This document shows, piece by piece, positions 9,566-17,971 of a DNA stretch of 64,000 bases. Below the pieces are notes generated by a model. It ran no database searches. It saw only the letters and a program-made list of their open reading frames with translations, and was not told where the DNA came from. The stretch is from a virus. Within the stretch, counting starts at the first letter, position 1; each line of letters opens with the position of its first letter. The stretch is from positions 1-64,000 of the IMG/VR virus record IMGVR_UViG_3300028840_003271. One strand, written 5' to 3'. The translations under genes were made by a program, and so were the position numbers.

Positions 9566-10366
9566 CTATTTCTCCTTTTTAGCAGCTTCTAATGTAGCCC
9601 ATCCTATGGCGTGGGCAATTTTTACAGCCTTCTGTCTTTTTTCATCATCCAAATCCACATTTTGTAATGTTAATGCTTTTTCAAATGCTTTATCAATAGC
9701 ATCGCTTAATCCAGCATATCTACCATCAATACCGGTTTTTTGAAACATCAATTTGCCGGCTTTGATATTTAGTTCTCTCAAATCATTAGTAGTTTTTAGA
9801 ATTGAAGAGTCTCTACCAACAACATCGGAAAAGTCAAGAAAAAACCGTGCTAAAGCATAACCATCATCTAAAGCATGCTCACCTTTAATAAGAGGAATAA
9901 TTGGAGTAACATAACTTTTATATGGTTCATCTGGTTCTGTAATAACTAAATCTGGAATTGGATTAGGATTTGGAGAAGGTTCCTCTCCATTTACTATTTT
10001 ATGAACAGCAATATCCAATTTATCATTTTCTACAGCACCAAAAATAAAATAATAAGTTCCTGGTTTCGTACTACTAAAATGTGCCCAATAATAGACAATT
10101 GGAAAATCATCAGCAGTTCCCATTTTTCCATCAGGTCCAGGGTCCATTCCTCCAAATATTGGTAATGGAGTAAAATAAGTATCAGCGTCAGGAGGAAGAA
10201 TTTTCCATACAAAAGATTTTCCCTTTGAACCTGTAGTTTTCAACCAAGCAGACTGGCCGGGTTCAATTTTTTCTGGTCCTAAAATTACTGCAACAGGATC
10301 TGCAAAAACAGAATTACAGAGGAAAAAAATAAGTATTAGCGTGGATAAAAGAGTTTTTTTCAACAT
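9566..10366 (-). CDS. Secreted protein with Ig/PKD-like N-terminal domain and PNPNP linker
   Basis: Signal peptide ending VFA-D; GPDGKMGTADD motif. Confidence 0.6.
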   Translation of the reverse strand: MLKKTLLSTLILIFFLCNSVFADPVAVILGPEKIEPGQSAWLKTTGSKGKSFVWKILPPDADTYFTPLPIFGGMDPGPDGKMGTADDFPIVYYWAHFSSTKPGTYYFIFGAVENDKLDIAVHKIVNGEEPSPNPNPIPDLVITEPDEPYKSYVTPIIPLIKGEHALDDGYALARFFLDFSDVVGRDSSILKTTNDLRELNIKAGKLMFQKTGIDGRYAGLSDAIDKAFEKALTLQNVDLDDEKRQKAVKIAHAIGWATLEAAKKEK

Positions 10367-10400
10367 GTTTTTTCTCTCTTTAAATTTTAATTTGGAAAGT

Positions 10401-10470
10401 AAAAAATGGGATGGAGTAACAGCTTGGTGTTGATTAACGCCATCCCATCGTTATCATAAATAACACCAAG
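10401..10470 (-). terminator. Intrinsic-terminator-like hairpin interleaved with a second 9-bp stem (pseudoknot or switch)
   Basis: ATGGGATGG/CCATCCCAT stem followed by a U-run on the minus strand; CTTGGTGTT/AACACCAAG second stem. Confidence 0.55.
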
Positions 10471-10476
10471 TCTTAA

Positions 10477-10827
10477 TTAAAAAGGTGTTTCTGTAAAAAT
10501 TAGTAATAATGCTTGAATAAATTCAAGAATAAGTGGCATTAATTCTCGTAGAAAATCTAATAGAGTGTCCCAATCTAATCCATATAGATTGTCGTTTTCG
10601 CCCATACATCCACGAGCAACAAGTTGACATCGAACTTCTTCGGAAACTTCATCTAAAAGATTAACTTCTGTTCCGTCTTGAGTTTTTCGAATAGGATTCC
10701 AAACTACACTTCTAACATCTCGCCACTCTGATAGTGTGATATTTCCACGTAAAAACTGCATGCGACCAACACGTCGTAATGCTACTCGCATTCGTCGAGA
10801 ATCAGCATTTAGTTCTGGTAAAGGCAT
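10477..10827 (-). CDS. Hypothetical protein with hydrophobic amphipathic C-terminus
   Basis: LDWDTLLDFLRELMPLILEFIQALLLIF; AGGAG upstream. Confidence 0.6.
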   Translation of the reverse strand: MPLPELNADSRRMRVALRRVGRMQFLRGNITLSEWRDVRSVVWNPIRKTQDGTEVNLLDEVSEEVRCQLVARGCMGENDNLYGLDWDTLLDFLRELMPLILEFIQALLLIFTETPF

Positions 10828-10862
10828 ATTTTTCTCCTAAAAAAGGTTAACTTTCTACAATA

Positions 10863-11804
10863 TTATACACCGCTCTTGATTAATTGACGGAAACAAGGTG
10901 GAATATCGGTTTGAATTGCTGGAGTTGGCTCTTTTTCAGCATCGTTTTTCTTATTTTTACTTAATTGTAATTTACTATTTTCAAGTGGAATTTTTTCCAA
11001 TTCTTTTTCTGTTGGTGGTTTAATTTTTGGATTGAGTAACCATTCTACTTTAATTTCTTTAGCCCACTCTCTCACTGAACGGATAGGTACAACCCAATTA
11101 AAACTATCGGTTTGTTCTAAACCTAAAGTGATCATTCCAACCCATTTACCATCTTTTCGTAAAGCAACTAATCCTCCAGAACTACCACCAATACTACTAC
11201 AGGTTGTTTGATCAAATACACCATGTTCAGAACCACCATATTTTGGAATTAAAACACCAATTCTTGAAACAATTCCATCAGTAAGAGAACAAGTTCCACC
11301 AATTTCTTTACCTCCAGGTGCTCCACAATGATATAATAATGTTCCAGGAGGAGGAATTTTATCTTCTAAATAAAACGTAACTCCCTTTTCAATTTTTCCA
11401 GTGACTCTCACTCTTAAAAGAGCAATATCTCGTTCTGGATCTACTGAAACTACTTTAGCATAATATCTATCACTACCTCCAACTCTACCATTTTCTACAA
11501 TTTCCTGAACCATTTCAACATCTTTGTAAGTTACACGTTTCTTTTCTGTTCCATCTACAATGACAGTTGTGACTTTTCGTGAATCTTCAACAACGTGATG
11601 TGCTGTTAAAATCCATGCTGTTTTTTTACCTTCAATTTCTCTTACAATTAATGTGCCAGAACCCTGTGCTCGTTCACTACCGTAATTGTCAGTACAAGTA
11701 ATGTTTACAGATACATTTTGTAAAAGTGTTCCAATATCCTCATCAGCAACAGACGACAGTGGCATACACGCCACAATTAACAAAGCCCCTAAAATTTTCC
11801 ACAT
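10863..11804 (-). CDS. Secreted trypsin-like serine protease
   Basis: Signal peptide; triad ILTAHH, RDIALL, GGSSGG. Confidence 0.9.
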   Translation of the reverse strand: MWKILGALLIVACMPLSSVADEDIGTLLQNVSVNITCTDNYGSERAQGSGTLIVREIEGKKTAWILTAHHVVEDSRKVTTVIVDGTEKKRVTYKDVEMVQEIVENGRVGGSDRYYAKVVSVDPERDIALLRVRVTGKIEKGVTFYLEDKIPPPGTLLYHCGAPGGKEIGGTCSLTDGIVSRIGVLIPKYGGSEHGVFDQTTCSSIGGSSGGLVALRKDGKWVGMITLGLEQTDSFNWVVPIRSVREWAKEIKVEWLLNPKIKPPTEKELEKIPLENSKLQLSKNKKNDAEKEPTPAIQTDIPPCFRQLIKSGV

Positions 11805-11840
11805 AATAAACTCCTTTTAAATTAAGTTTTTTGAGAAAAA

Positions 11841-11912
11841 TGGGGGTGGCAGGATTTGAACCTGCGATTCTAGCGTATGAAACTAGCGAGATGACCACTT
11901 CTCTACACCCCT
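11841..11912 (-). tRNA. tRNA with CAT anticodon (Met, initiator-like features; Ile2 not excluded); CCA not encoded
   Basis: AGGGGTG TA GAGA AGTGGTCA TCTC G CTAGT TTCATAC GCTAG AATC GCAGG TTCAAAT CCTGC CACCCCC A folds into a full cloverleaf. Confidence 0.9.
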
Positions 11913-11980
11913 TTTTGTATACAGGACTATTCATTTTTACAGTACTTATCAGTATGTAATTAAGGTATAAATAAAACCTT

Positions 11981-12118
11981 TTACTTTTGTTTAAAAATTC
12001 TTTTCCAATTTTTTTCTAATTCTTTTTGTGATACAAACACGGGTCTTCGACGAGATCCTTTTCCATTTTGTATTTTTTGTGATTTTTGTGATTTTTCTTT
12101 ATCAATACTTTTTTTCAT
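11981..12118 (-). CDS. 45-aa basic protein (not in ORF track)
   Basis: MKKSIDK...NGKGSRRRPVFVSQKELEKNWKRIF; GGAG upstream; GKGS-RP...NW-RIF pattern is familiar from small phage ORFs. Confidence 0.6.
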   Translation of the reverse strand: MKKSIDKEKSQKSQKIQNGKGSRRRPVFVSQKELEKNWKRIFKQK

Positions 12119-12147
12119 CTCTCCAAAAAAGATTTTACACTATTAGG

Positions 12148-12414
12148 TTATTTTGGTGGTAATTTTACCTTAATATTAAGTGGAATATTGAACAGGCTTG
12201 ATATGTGTGATAGTCGTGGACCTAAAAATTTGTTCAGATGTTCTTGTTGTTCTTGTGATAATATACGACCGATAATGACTTCAAGTTCAATAAAACCTTG
12301 TTTTTCGTATCGGTCAAGCAGACTATCAATTTGACGAGTTACGTGGGTAATCCACGCACTTGTATTACTTACATTGTTTGCTGCCGTTCTTACTGGTCGT
12401 CGAAATAATGCCAT
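12148..12414 (-). CDS. Hypothetical protein
   Basis: 88-aa ORF with TAATG coupling. Confidence 0.55.
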   Translation of the reverse strand: MALFRRPVRTAANNVSNTSAWITHVTRQIDSLLDRYEKQGFIELEVIIGRILSQEQQEHLNKFLGPRLSHISSLFNIPLNIKVKLPPK

Positions 12415-12761
12415 TATTTTTCCTTTTCTTGTGTTGGTAAATCTACTTTTTTCAAAAATTCGTCTAAAAGTTTTTCGTAAGAACCATTACCGTTGGTTGG
12501 TTCAGATTTTGGTTTTGGTTCTTGCTCTATTAGTGTTAATCGACGTTGTAATTCTTTCAATAACACTTTTTCTTGTTTTTCTAAAATGGTTTCAATATCA
12601 AGAGTGGATTGTTTTACAGTATTGATAACTTCTGTATTGTCTATTTTTTTCTCAAGAGTAAGAGAATATCCAAATAAAGCACAAATAGTGACAATAATGG
12701 TCCAGGCAACTTTTGCTTTTGCAATTTGGTTGAGTAACCATTTTCGTATGTTTTTATTCAT
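12414..12761 (-). CDS. Single-TM coiled-coil protein (holin/spanin-like topology)
   Basis: Basic N-terminus, TM VAWTIIVTICALFGY, coiled coil. Confidence 0.5.
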   Translation of the reverse strand: MNKNIRKWLLNQIAKAKVAWTIIVTICALFGYSLTLEKKIDNTEVINTVKQSTLDIETILEKQEKVLLKELQRRLTLIEQEPKPKSEPTNGNGSYEKLLDEFLKKVDLPTQEKEK

Positions 12762-13276
12762 TATTCATCTCCGATATCTTCACAGTTAATTGTATGAAAT
12801 GCTAGATGTAAATCAATAGGTTTACGATTATCAAAATCTATATTAGTTTTTATAAGTTTATTACGAATACTGTCTGCATATTTTCTACGACTTTTTTTTG
12901 GATTTCCAGCAACAAATTTGTAAAAAACATCATATATAAATTGAATTTCATCTTTTGTTAGAGATAACAAATATTCTTTTTCATTATGTGGGGTTGTTTT
13001 TTCTTTAAAATATCGACGAGCACGCAGGTCCATCATTTCAATTTCTGGAGTAATAAGGTCTATGTTTTTTGTGTGTTGAAGATTATGTAATCGCGTTTTT
13101 GCTGGTTTTCTCATATATCCTTTTTTAGCTCGTCCTATAGCAATTTCTAAACCCCTTTTTTTGTTCCACTTATCTTTTGGGCAACATTGTGACCATCCAA
13201 TTTGAGTTGAACTAAGTGCTACAACAACTCCAATCGGTTGATTAGTTTGTGGATGATAAATATATTTAGTTAACAT
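12761..13276 (-). CDS. Hypothetical protein
   Basis: IGWSQCCPKDKWNKKRGLEIAIGRA motif. Confidence 0.55.
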   Translation of the reverse strand: MLTKYIYHPQTNQPIGVVVALSSTQIGWSQCCPKDKWNKKRGLEIAIGRAKKGYMRKPAKTRLHNLQHTKNIDLITPEIEMMDLRARRYFKEKTTPHNEKEYLLSLTKDEIQFIYDVFYKFVAGNPKKSRRKYADSIRNKLIKTNIDFDNRKPIDLHLAFHTINCEDIGDE

Positions 13277-13286
13277 TTTCTTTCCT

Positions 13287-13478
13287 TTATATACAAAATA
13301 AAGTTATAATGATTACTATAAAACCAAAAACGAACAACAGTAAACACATAATAGTTTCTATTACAGAAGCAGAACCACTATAATCATTTATATCAAATCT
13401 AGGAATTTCTCTATTTCTTTGAATATTTTTTAAATGCCATTCTATAAATTCCTTTTCGGTTTTTTCATTATTATTCAT
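13287..13478 (-). CDS. Small membrane protein
   Basis: C-terminal TM segment. Confidence 0.5.
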   Translation of the reverse strand: MNNNEKTEKEFIEWHLKNIQRNREIPRFDINDYSGSASVIETIMCLLLFVFGFIVIIITLFCI

Positions 13479-13480
13479 GC

Positions 13481-14020
13481 TTATGTTCCCAATTTTGTAA
13501 GTTTTCTAAATAAAGAACCCGGACTTTCACGACCTTTATCTGAAGTGATGAAACCAGCTTCTTCATATACCAAAGATACAAATTCTGAACAATGAACTTT
13601 GTTTGGATTTTCTCGTAACCAATTACAAATCATATTATAAGGAGTTCCTAAAAGATTTTCTGCTTTTGCTCTCATAAGTTTAAGAGCTTGTTCGTCAAGT
13701 AGTCCATTTGGCGGTTCCCACCAAAATGTATTAAGTCCACCCAATCGACGTGTCCAAAACTTCTTCTCCCAAGACGGAAGAACTTCTTCAACATATTGAA
13801 TATATGACATTTTACGAACACGGGGTGGATATGCTTCATATATTTTAGGCTGATTTTCATAATAGAGAAAAATAGCAACATGAGATAGTGGAGAATTAGT
13901 AAATAGTTCGAGCAATCCATCTAATGGTCGAGGAACTGAATTTTCCATAAAAATAACAGAACCTTCTTTTGGATAACCACCAAATACTGGTAATAAGTCT
14001 GAAGCTTTAAGTGCTAACAT
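13481..14020 (-). CDS. Permuted papain-like NlpC/P60 amidase (YiiX/YebB type)
   Basis: SHVAI (His) precedes GTPYN...HCSEFV (Cys). Confidence 0.85.
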   Translation of the reverse strand: MLALKASDLLPVFGGYPKEGSVIFMENSVPRPLDGLLELFTNSPLSHVAIFLYYENQPKIYEAYPPRVRKMSYIQYVEEVLPSWEKKFWTRRLGGLNTFWWEPPNGLLDEQALKLMRAKAENLLGTPYNMICNWLRENPNKVHCSEFVSLVYEEAGFITSDKGRESPGSLFRKLTKLGT

Positions 14021-14023
14021 ATT

Positions 14024-14308
14024 TTAACCTGTAACAATGTTTCTTGGTGGTGTAACAATACCAGTTCCAAATTGTGAATTATAAGCATTTTTAATTTCAT
14101 TACTTGGTTCAGCAACACACAAAATATGTTCTGATTTTATTTCAAAACTTTTGTCATCAGATAAAAACATCCAAGGTGCCATGGCTAATTTTCCTTCGGG
14201 TGTAGCAATAATTTTGACAGGTTGTTCTATTTTATATGGACGTATATCTAGATTTTCAATTTTTGCAAGAATTTCTTCACCGTTTACAAGTTTAAAAACT
14301 TTAATCAT
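14024..14308 (-). CDS. Sm-like fold phage protein
   Basis: IKVFKLVNGEEILAKI...MAPWM...AYNSQFGTGIVTP; start reassigned to ATG at 14308 (AAGGA upstream). Confidence 0.65.
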   Translation of the reverse strand: MIKVFKLVNGEEILAKIENLDIRPYKIEQPVKIIATPEGKLAMAPWMFLSDDKSFEIKSEHILCVAEPSNEIKNAYNSQFGTGIVTPPRNIVTG

Positions 14309-14353
14309 AGTTATATTTATCCTTTCGTGGAACGGGTCGTGACGGACCATCGC

Positions 14354-14394
14354 CCTCTATAATCATAGTACCGAGTTTTGGTCGAAAGTGAAGT
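14354..14394 (-). promoter_or_regulatory. Putative phage promoter, copy A
   Basis: Minus strand ACTTCACT-N14-GGTACTATGATTATAGAGG; 33/41 identical to 61598..61638; overlaps a 12/13 inverted repeat (14375-14387 / 14408-14420). Confidence 0.65.
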
Positions 14395-14474
14395 GAGATT
14401 CTGGAAATTTTGACCAAAACCCCCCGTTAGGGTGACCAGACAATTTCTCGATTTTTTTTAACAAATTATACATT

Positions 14475-15434
14475 TCATTGTACTGTGTATTCCCAACAAT
14501 CTTCACATGCTGTTCCCGTCATATCTCCAGCCAACATGGCCTTTCTTAGGTTGATATATTTTTGACTGTGCCAACATTCCATAAAAGTCATATTATTTAG
14601 GTCTCCACAATCAAATTCATGAGTATGATTAAAGCAACATCCAGATAGTTTAGCATCGTAAGTGATTCTGGCCTCACTGAACAAGGCAAAGCACGCATTT
14701 ACTTGTTTGCTTTCATCTACTCCCCAACGACCAAAATTACCTTTAACTGGTTTACCACCCATTTTTTCCATTGTTTTTCCAGTTAGGTTGGCCTGACTAT
14801 AAAGAGGTAGCCAATAGTGCTCATCAACATATGGTTCTAGTTCTGCTAACAAGGGTTCCATTTTTTCAACTTGTTCATCATTATAACGAATACTTGATGT
14901 ATAAAGACCGCACTTATATCCGTTTTCTTTACGAATATTATAAGCATCTTTGATATGCTGAACTACCATAGCAAAAACTTTTGGAGGCATACGAGTAATT
15001 TCAGCAAATTGTTTTTCGTCTGCAAAATTTAAACTAAATTTCATACTATCTAAACCAGCCTGCATACACTCTTTCATTCTTTCTGGAGTTGTGTGTGGCC
15101 CACCATTAGTAGTAATAAATGAGTAAGGAAATCCACATTCTTTCTTTACCCACTCAATTGACCATGGAAGCCACTTACACAAAAAGCTTTCACCGAGAAA
15201 AAAATGTCCAATTTCTTCTACTCCGGCTTCTCTCATTTCCTTTGTAATTCTTTTGAAAAACTCTTTATCCATTTCTCCCTGTGGTCGTAATTTGTCAGCA
15301 GTAGCACAAAATTTACACTTAAAATTGCATTTAGCTGTAAGTTCCATTTTTACAGCCTTTGGACATGGGGGAGTCAAGCATAACCTGTTTTGTGGAACTA
15401 ATGTTATACCATCTACTTTTTCTGTAATTTTCAC
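14475..15434 (-). CDS. Radical SAM protein with SPASM/twitch domain
   Basis: CNFKCKFC; C-terminal C...GCC...GDL...W...CEDC. Confidence 0.9.
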   Translation of the reverse strand: MKITEKVDGITLVPQNRLCLTPPCPKAVKMELTAKCNFKCKFCATADKLRPQGEMDKEFFKRITKEMREAGVEEIGHFFLGESFLCKWLPWSIEWVKKECGFPYSFITTNGGPHTTPERMKECMQAGLDSMKFSLNFADEKQFAEITRMPPKVFAMVVQHIKDAYNIRKENGYKCGLYTSSIRYNDEQVEKMEPLLAELEPYVDEHYWLPLYSQANLTGKTMEKMGGKPVKGNFGRWGVDESKQVNACFALFSEARITYDAKLSGCCFNHTHEFDCGDLNNMTFMECWHSQKYINLRKAMLAGDMTGTACEDCWEYTVQ

Positions 15435-15447
15435 TCTTTTTTCCTCT

Positions 15448-15897
15448 CTAAATTATTTTACTTTTCATTTCTTCTCCTTTTTCAATGGGCCAATAATAGG
15501 GAAGGTTGTCGGTTATTTCTGTACCAAAAAATTTTGAATAATACTCTTTATTCTTACGAAGTAAATTACTTTGATGACTTTGATGTAGTTTTTTGTCACC
15601 TAACCAAGGTGGATCTCGATAGGTGTGTTCGGATATTGGTAATGTTTTAAGTTTTTCATGTATAGTGTCTTTATAACCACGCTTTTTCCATTCTACAATC
15701 ATTGCTAAAGTATAATCAAGTAAAGACTGCTCATAACCAGCCCACATTTTTACAGCAGGATGGTTTTTCCATCCGTTCGACAGACCACATAAAGTTCGAA
15801 GAATTTGATAACCCTCAACTCTTTGTTTGCCCAAACGACGAAAATCAAGACATTGTGCAGATTTTGTATAGCTTGAATATGGTAAAAACGTTTGCAT
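15448..15897 (-). CDS. Pyrimidine-dimer DNA glycosylase / MSMEG_6728-like protein
   Basis: MQTFLPY, LDFRRLGKQRVE, HPAVKMW, PPWLG, SHQSNL, LPYYWP. Confidence 0.85.
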   Translation of the reverse strand: MQTFLPYSSYTKSAQCLDFRRLGKQRVEGYQILRTLCGLSNGWKNHPAVKMWAGYEQSLLDYTLAMIVEWKKRGYKDTIHEKLKTLPISEHTYRDPPWLGDKKLHQSHQSNLLRKNKEYYSKFFGTEITDNLPYYWPIEKGEEMKSKII

Positions 15898-16457
15898 TAT
15901 AATAATTTAACCTTATCTTGTTTAATCAAGTTCTGAATATGTTTTTGCTCTACATCAAAATCATGATAGCAACTATCTTTTGGAGGTTTATTAAAATAAT
16001 GTCCTTCTTTTCCATCTGTCATTCCATCAAATCCATAAAGGGTTAGTGAGGAAAAAAATTGTAAAAAATACTCAATAGCAAGAATTCCAATCGACGGCCA
16101 TTTTTCCATAGGATTGTGTTGACCTAGTTTTACAGCCACGCTTCTACAAAAATCTTCACCCACGGTTGTATTTTTTTCTCCATAAAATTTTTCAATTTGT
16201 TGTTGAACCGGAGGCATCCACGGAGTCCATTTACAGTGTTGTATAAAAGTATAAATGTGAGAAAATTGACTTTTTGGATGCCATATTACGTCTTCACAAC
16301 AGCGACGAACTAAAAATGTAGATTTTGTTCCAACATCTTTTTCGTAACCGGCTAATTGAAAATTGTTAAAACGTACAACAATATTGAAATCGTCAATATG
16401 ACGACCTAAAGCGTTTCCTAATACTGACGAACCGTTACCAACTAATATTATATTCAT
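15897..16457 (-). CDS. GT29 (sialyltransferase-like) glycosyltransferase
   Basis: Sialylmotif-L-like ILVGNGSSVL..G..IDDFNIVVRFN; GTKS; PSIG; LYGFD; HY; H..E. Confidence 0.8.
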   Translation of the reverse strand: MNIILVGNGSSVLGNALGRHIDDFNIVVRFNNFQLAGYEKDVGTKSTFLVRRCCEDVIWHPKSQFSHIYTFIQHCKWTPWMPPVQQQIEKFYGEKNTTVGEDFCRSVAVKLGQHNPMEKWPSIGILAIEYFLQFFSSLTLYGFDGMTDGKEGHYFNKPPKDSCYHDFDVEQKHIQNLIKQDKVKLL

Positions 16458-16466
16458 TGTAATCCT

Positions 16467-16565
16467 TTATAGAGACAAAAAATTATGATAATCTTCAGCA
16501 GCATCAATGCTCGTTGCTTTTTCTGTTTTTATACTTCTAACAATGTAGTTTTCATAACGTGTTGT
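16467..16565 (-). pseudogene. Displaced duplicate 3' end of the kdsB-like gene
   Basis: Reads TTRYENYIVRSIKTEKATSIDAAEDYHNFLSL*, aligning without gaps to the KdsB C-terminus LELGYKIISFTTKSCISINTQQDYLTFIQS*. Confidence 0.7.
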
Positions 16566-17252
16566 TTAAATTAAATTATCAGCAATAAATTTTTGTTTTT
16601 TGTATAACACAGAACATAAATCGTTTTTATACATTAATTGAGCAACATGTTTGATATGTGTTTTTTGTTTAATTTCTAATTTATATAAGTTTTTTTTACG
16701 ACGATAGATGTGACCATAATTAAAACATATTTTAGTTTGAATTTGTTGTAAAATTTTGATACCACCAGAACAAAAACCTAAACATCTTATATGGGAATTG
16801 GAACGATCTTTTCTTTTAAAGATGGTAATAAAACCATCACCATCAAAAAATCCTCGTAACCAGTCAAAAATTACATCTTGTGGCATCTTGGGTAAAAATT
16901 CTAATTTTGATTTATTTTCAAAGATACTTCTTGATCTCAATAATTCAACATCTTCTGTAGACAAACCATATATTTGAAATACATATTTGTAATAATATTT
17001 TTGGTATAATTTATTATAGTTTTTATAATATTTAATGGGATGTGTTGAATGTAATACGTTTCTAATGTATTGTAATATTTTTAGGTTGTTTTTGCTATAT
17101 TTAAGATTAACACCTAAAATAAAACTATCGTTAGAAGTGGTACGGTTATTGGATTGTAAATACCCATCAGCACATAAAAATCCTAGAACATAAGTTGTGC
17201 TAGGTGTCCATGTAACAAGATTTTGAATGTTTGAAGTATATTGTTGTTTCAA
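16566..17252 (-). mobile_element. Free-standing two-motif LAGLIDADG homing endonuclease
   Basis: YVLGFLCADG and WLRGFFDGDG motifs; TTG start overlaps the kdsB stop. Confidence 0.9.
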
Positions 17253-17971
17253 GACTGTATAAAAGTTAAATAATCTTGTTGTGTATTAATAGATATACAC
17301 GATTTTGTTGTAAACGATATTATTTTGTATCCTAATTCTAACCAATATAGTTGTTCTAATTTTTCTGTAGTATTTTGAAATTTAAACTTGTTATTATAAA
17401 TTTGAGCAAGTGTATCGTATTTCATTGTATAAATACCAACATTAATATTTAACATGTTGGTTTTATATGGAATATTGTATCTTGAATAATATAATGCTTT
17501 ATTATATTCAAGTGTTTCATTGTCGTAACCAAAAACAACTTTTGTAATATCATAATTAGTTTTGTTAGTATTTTTAAGTTTGTAATGTAAACATATAATA
17601 TCACATAGTTGTTCATCTAGTTCTACTAATGGTCGTATTAATAAAGGTGTCATATCAGCAATTGGTAAATCACACTGTCTATTTATATATATACCTTTTT
17701 TATCACCAATTTCTAAACTTGCTAAATACATTCTTTCAGTTCCACAAGACGCTTTTCCAGTTTTTATTACTTTTGCTCCAAAATCTTCACACCGTTCTAC
17801 AAGTTCATCGTCTGGAGTAGCAATATAAACATTGTCAATATTATATTCTTTTGTTTGCTCGATTACATTTTCCCAAGTGTGTTGAATAATTGGTTTACAA
17901 TTTTTCTTTAAAAGTAATTTATTTGGTAGTCGTTTACTTGCTAATCTAGCCGGAATTATAATATATTTCAT
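17249..17971 (-). CDS. kdsB: CMP-Kdo synthetase-like cytidylyltransferase
   Basis: IIIPARLASKRLPNKLL, GTER, NRQCD (cf. NxQGD), ALYYSR, VGIY, EKLEQLYWLE. Confidence 0.85.
   Translation of the reverse strand: MKYIIIPARLASKRLPNKLLLKKNCKPIIQHTWENVIEQTKEYNIDNVYIATPDDELVERCEDFGAKVIKTGKASCGTERMYLASLEIGDKKGIYINRQCDLPIADMTPLLIRPLVELDEQLCDIICLHYKLKNTNKTNYDITKVVFGYDNETLEYNKALYYSRYNIPYKTNMLNINVGIYTMKYDTLAQIYNNKFKFQNTTEKLEQLYWLELGYKIISFTTKSCISINTQQDYLTFIQS

Noticed and set aside
11743-11934. 63-aa ORF
   Set aside because: Reads through the tRNA gene and overlaps the protease start.
11960-11980. T4-type late promoter TATAAATA (also near 61462)
   Set aside because: On the non-coding strand and expected by chance in such AT-rich DNA.
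16566-17252. Group I intron or intein hosting the LAGLIDADG ORF
   Set aside because: kdsB is complete with its own stop, there is no flanking space for an intron core, and no intein splice motifs are present.
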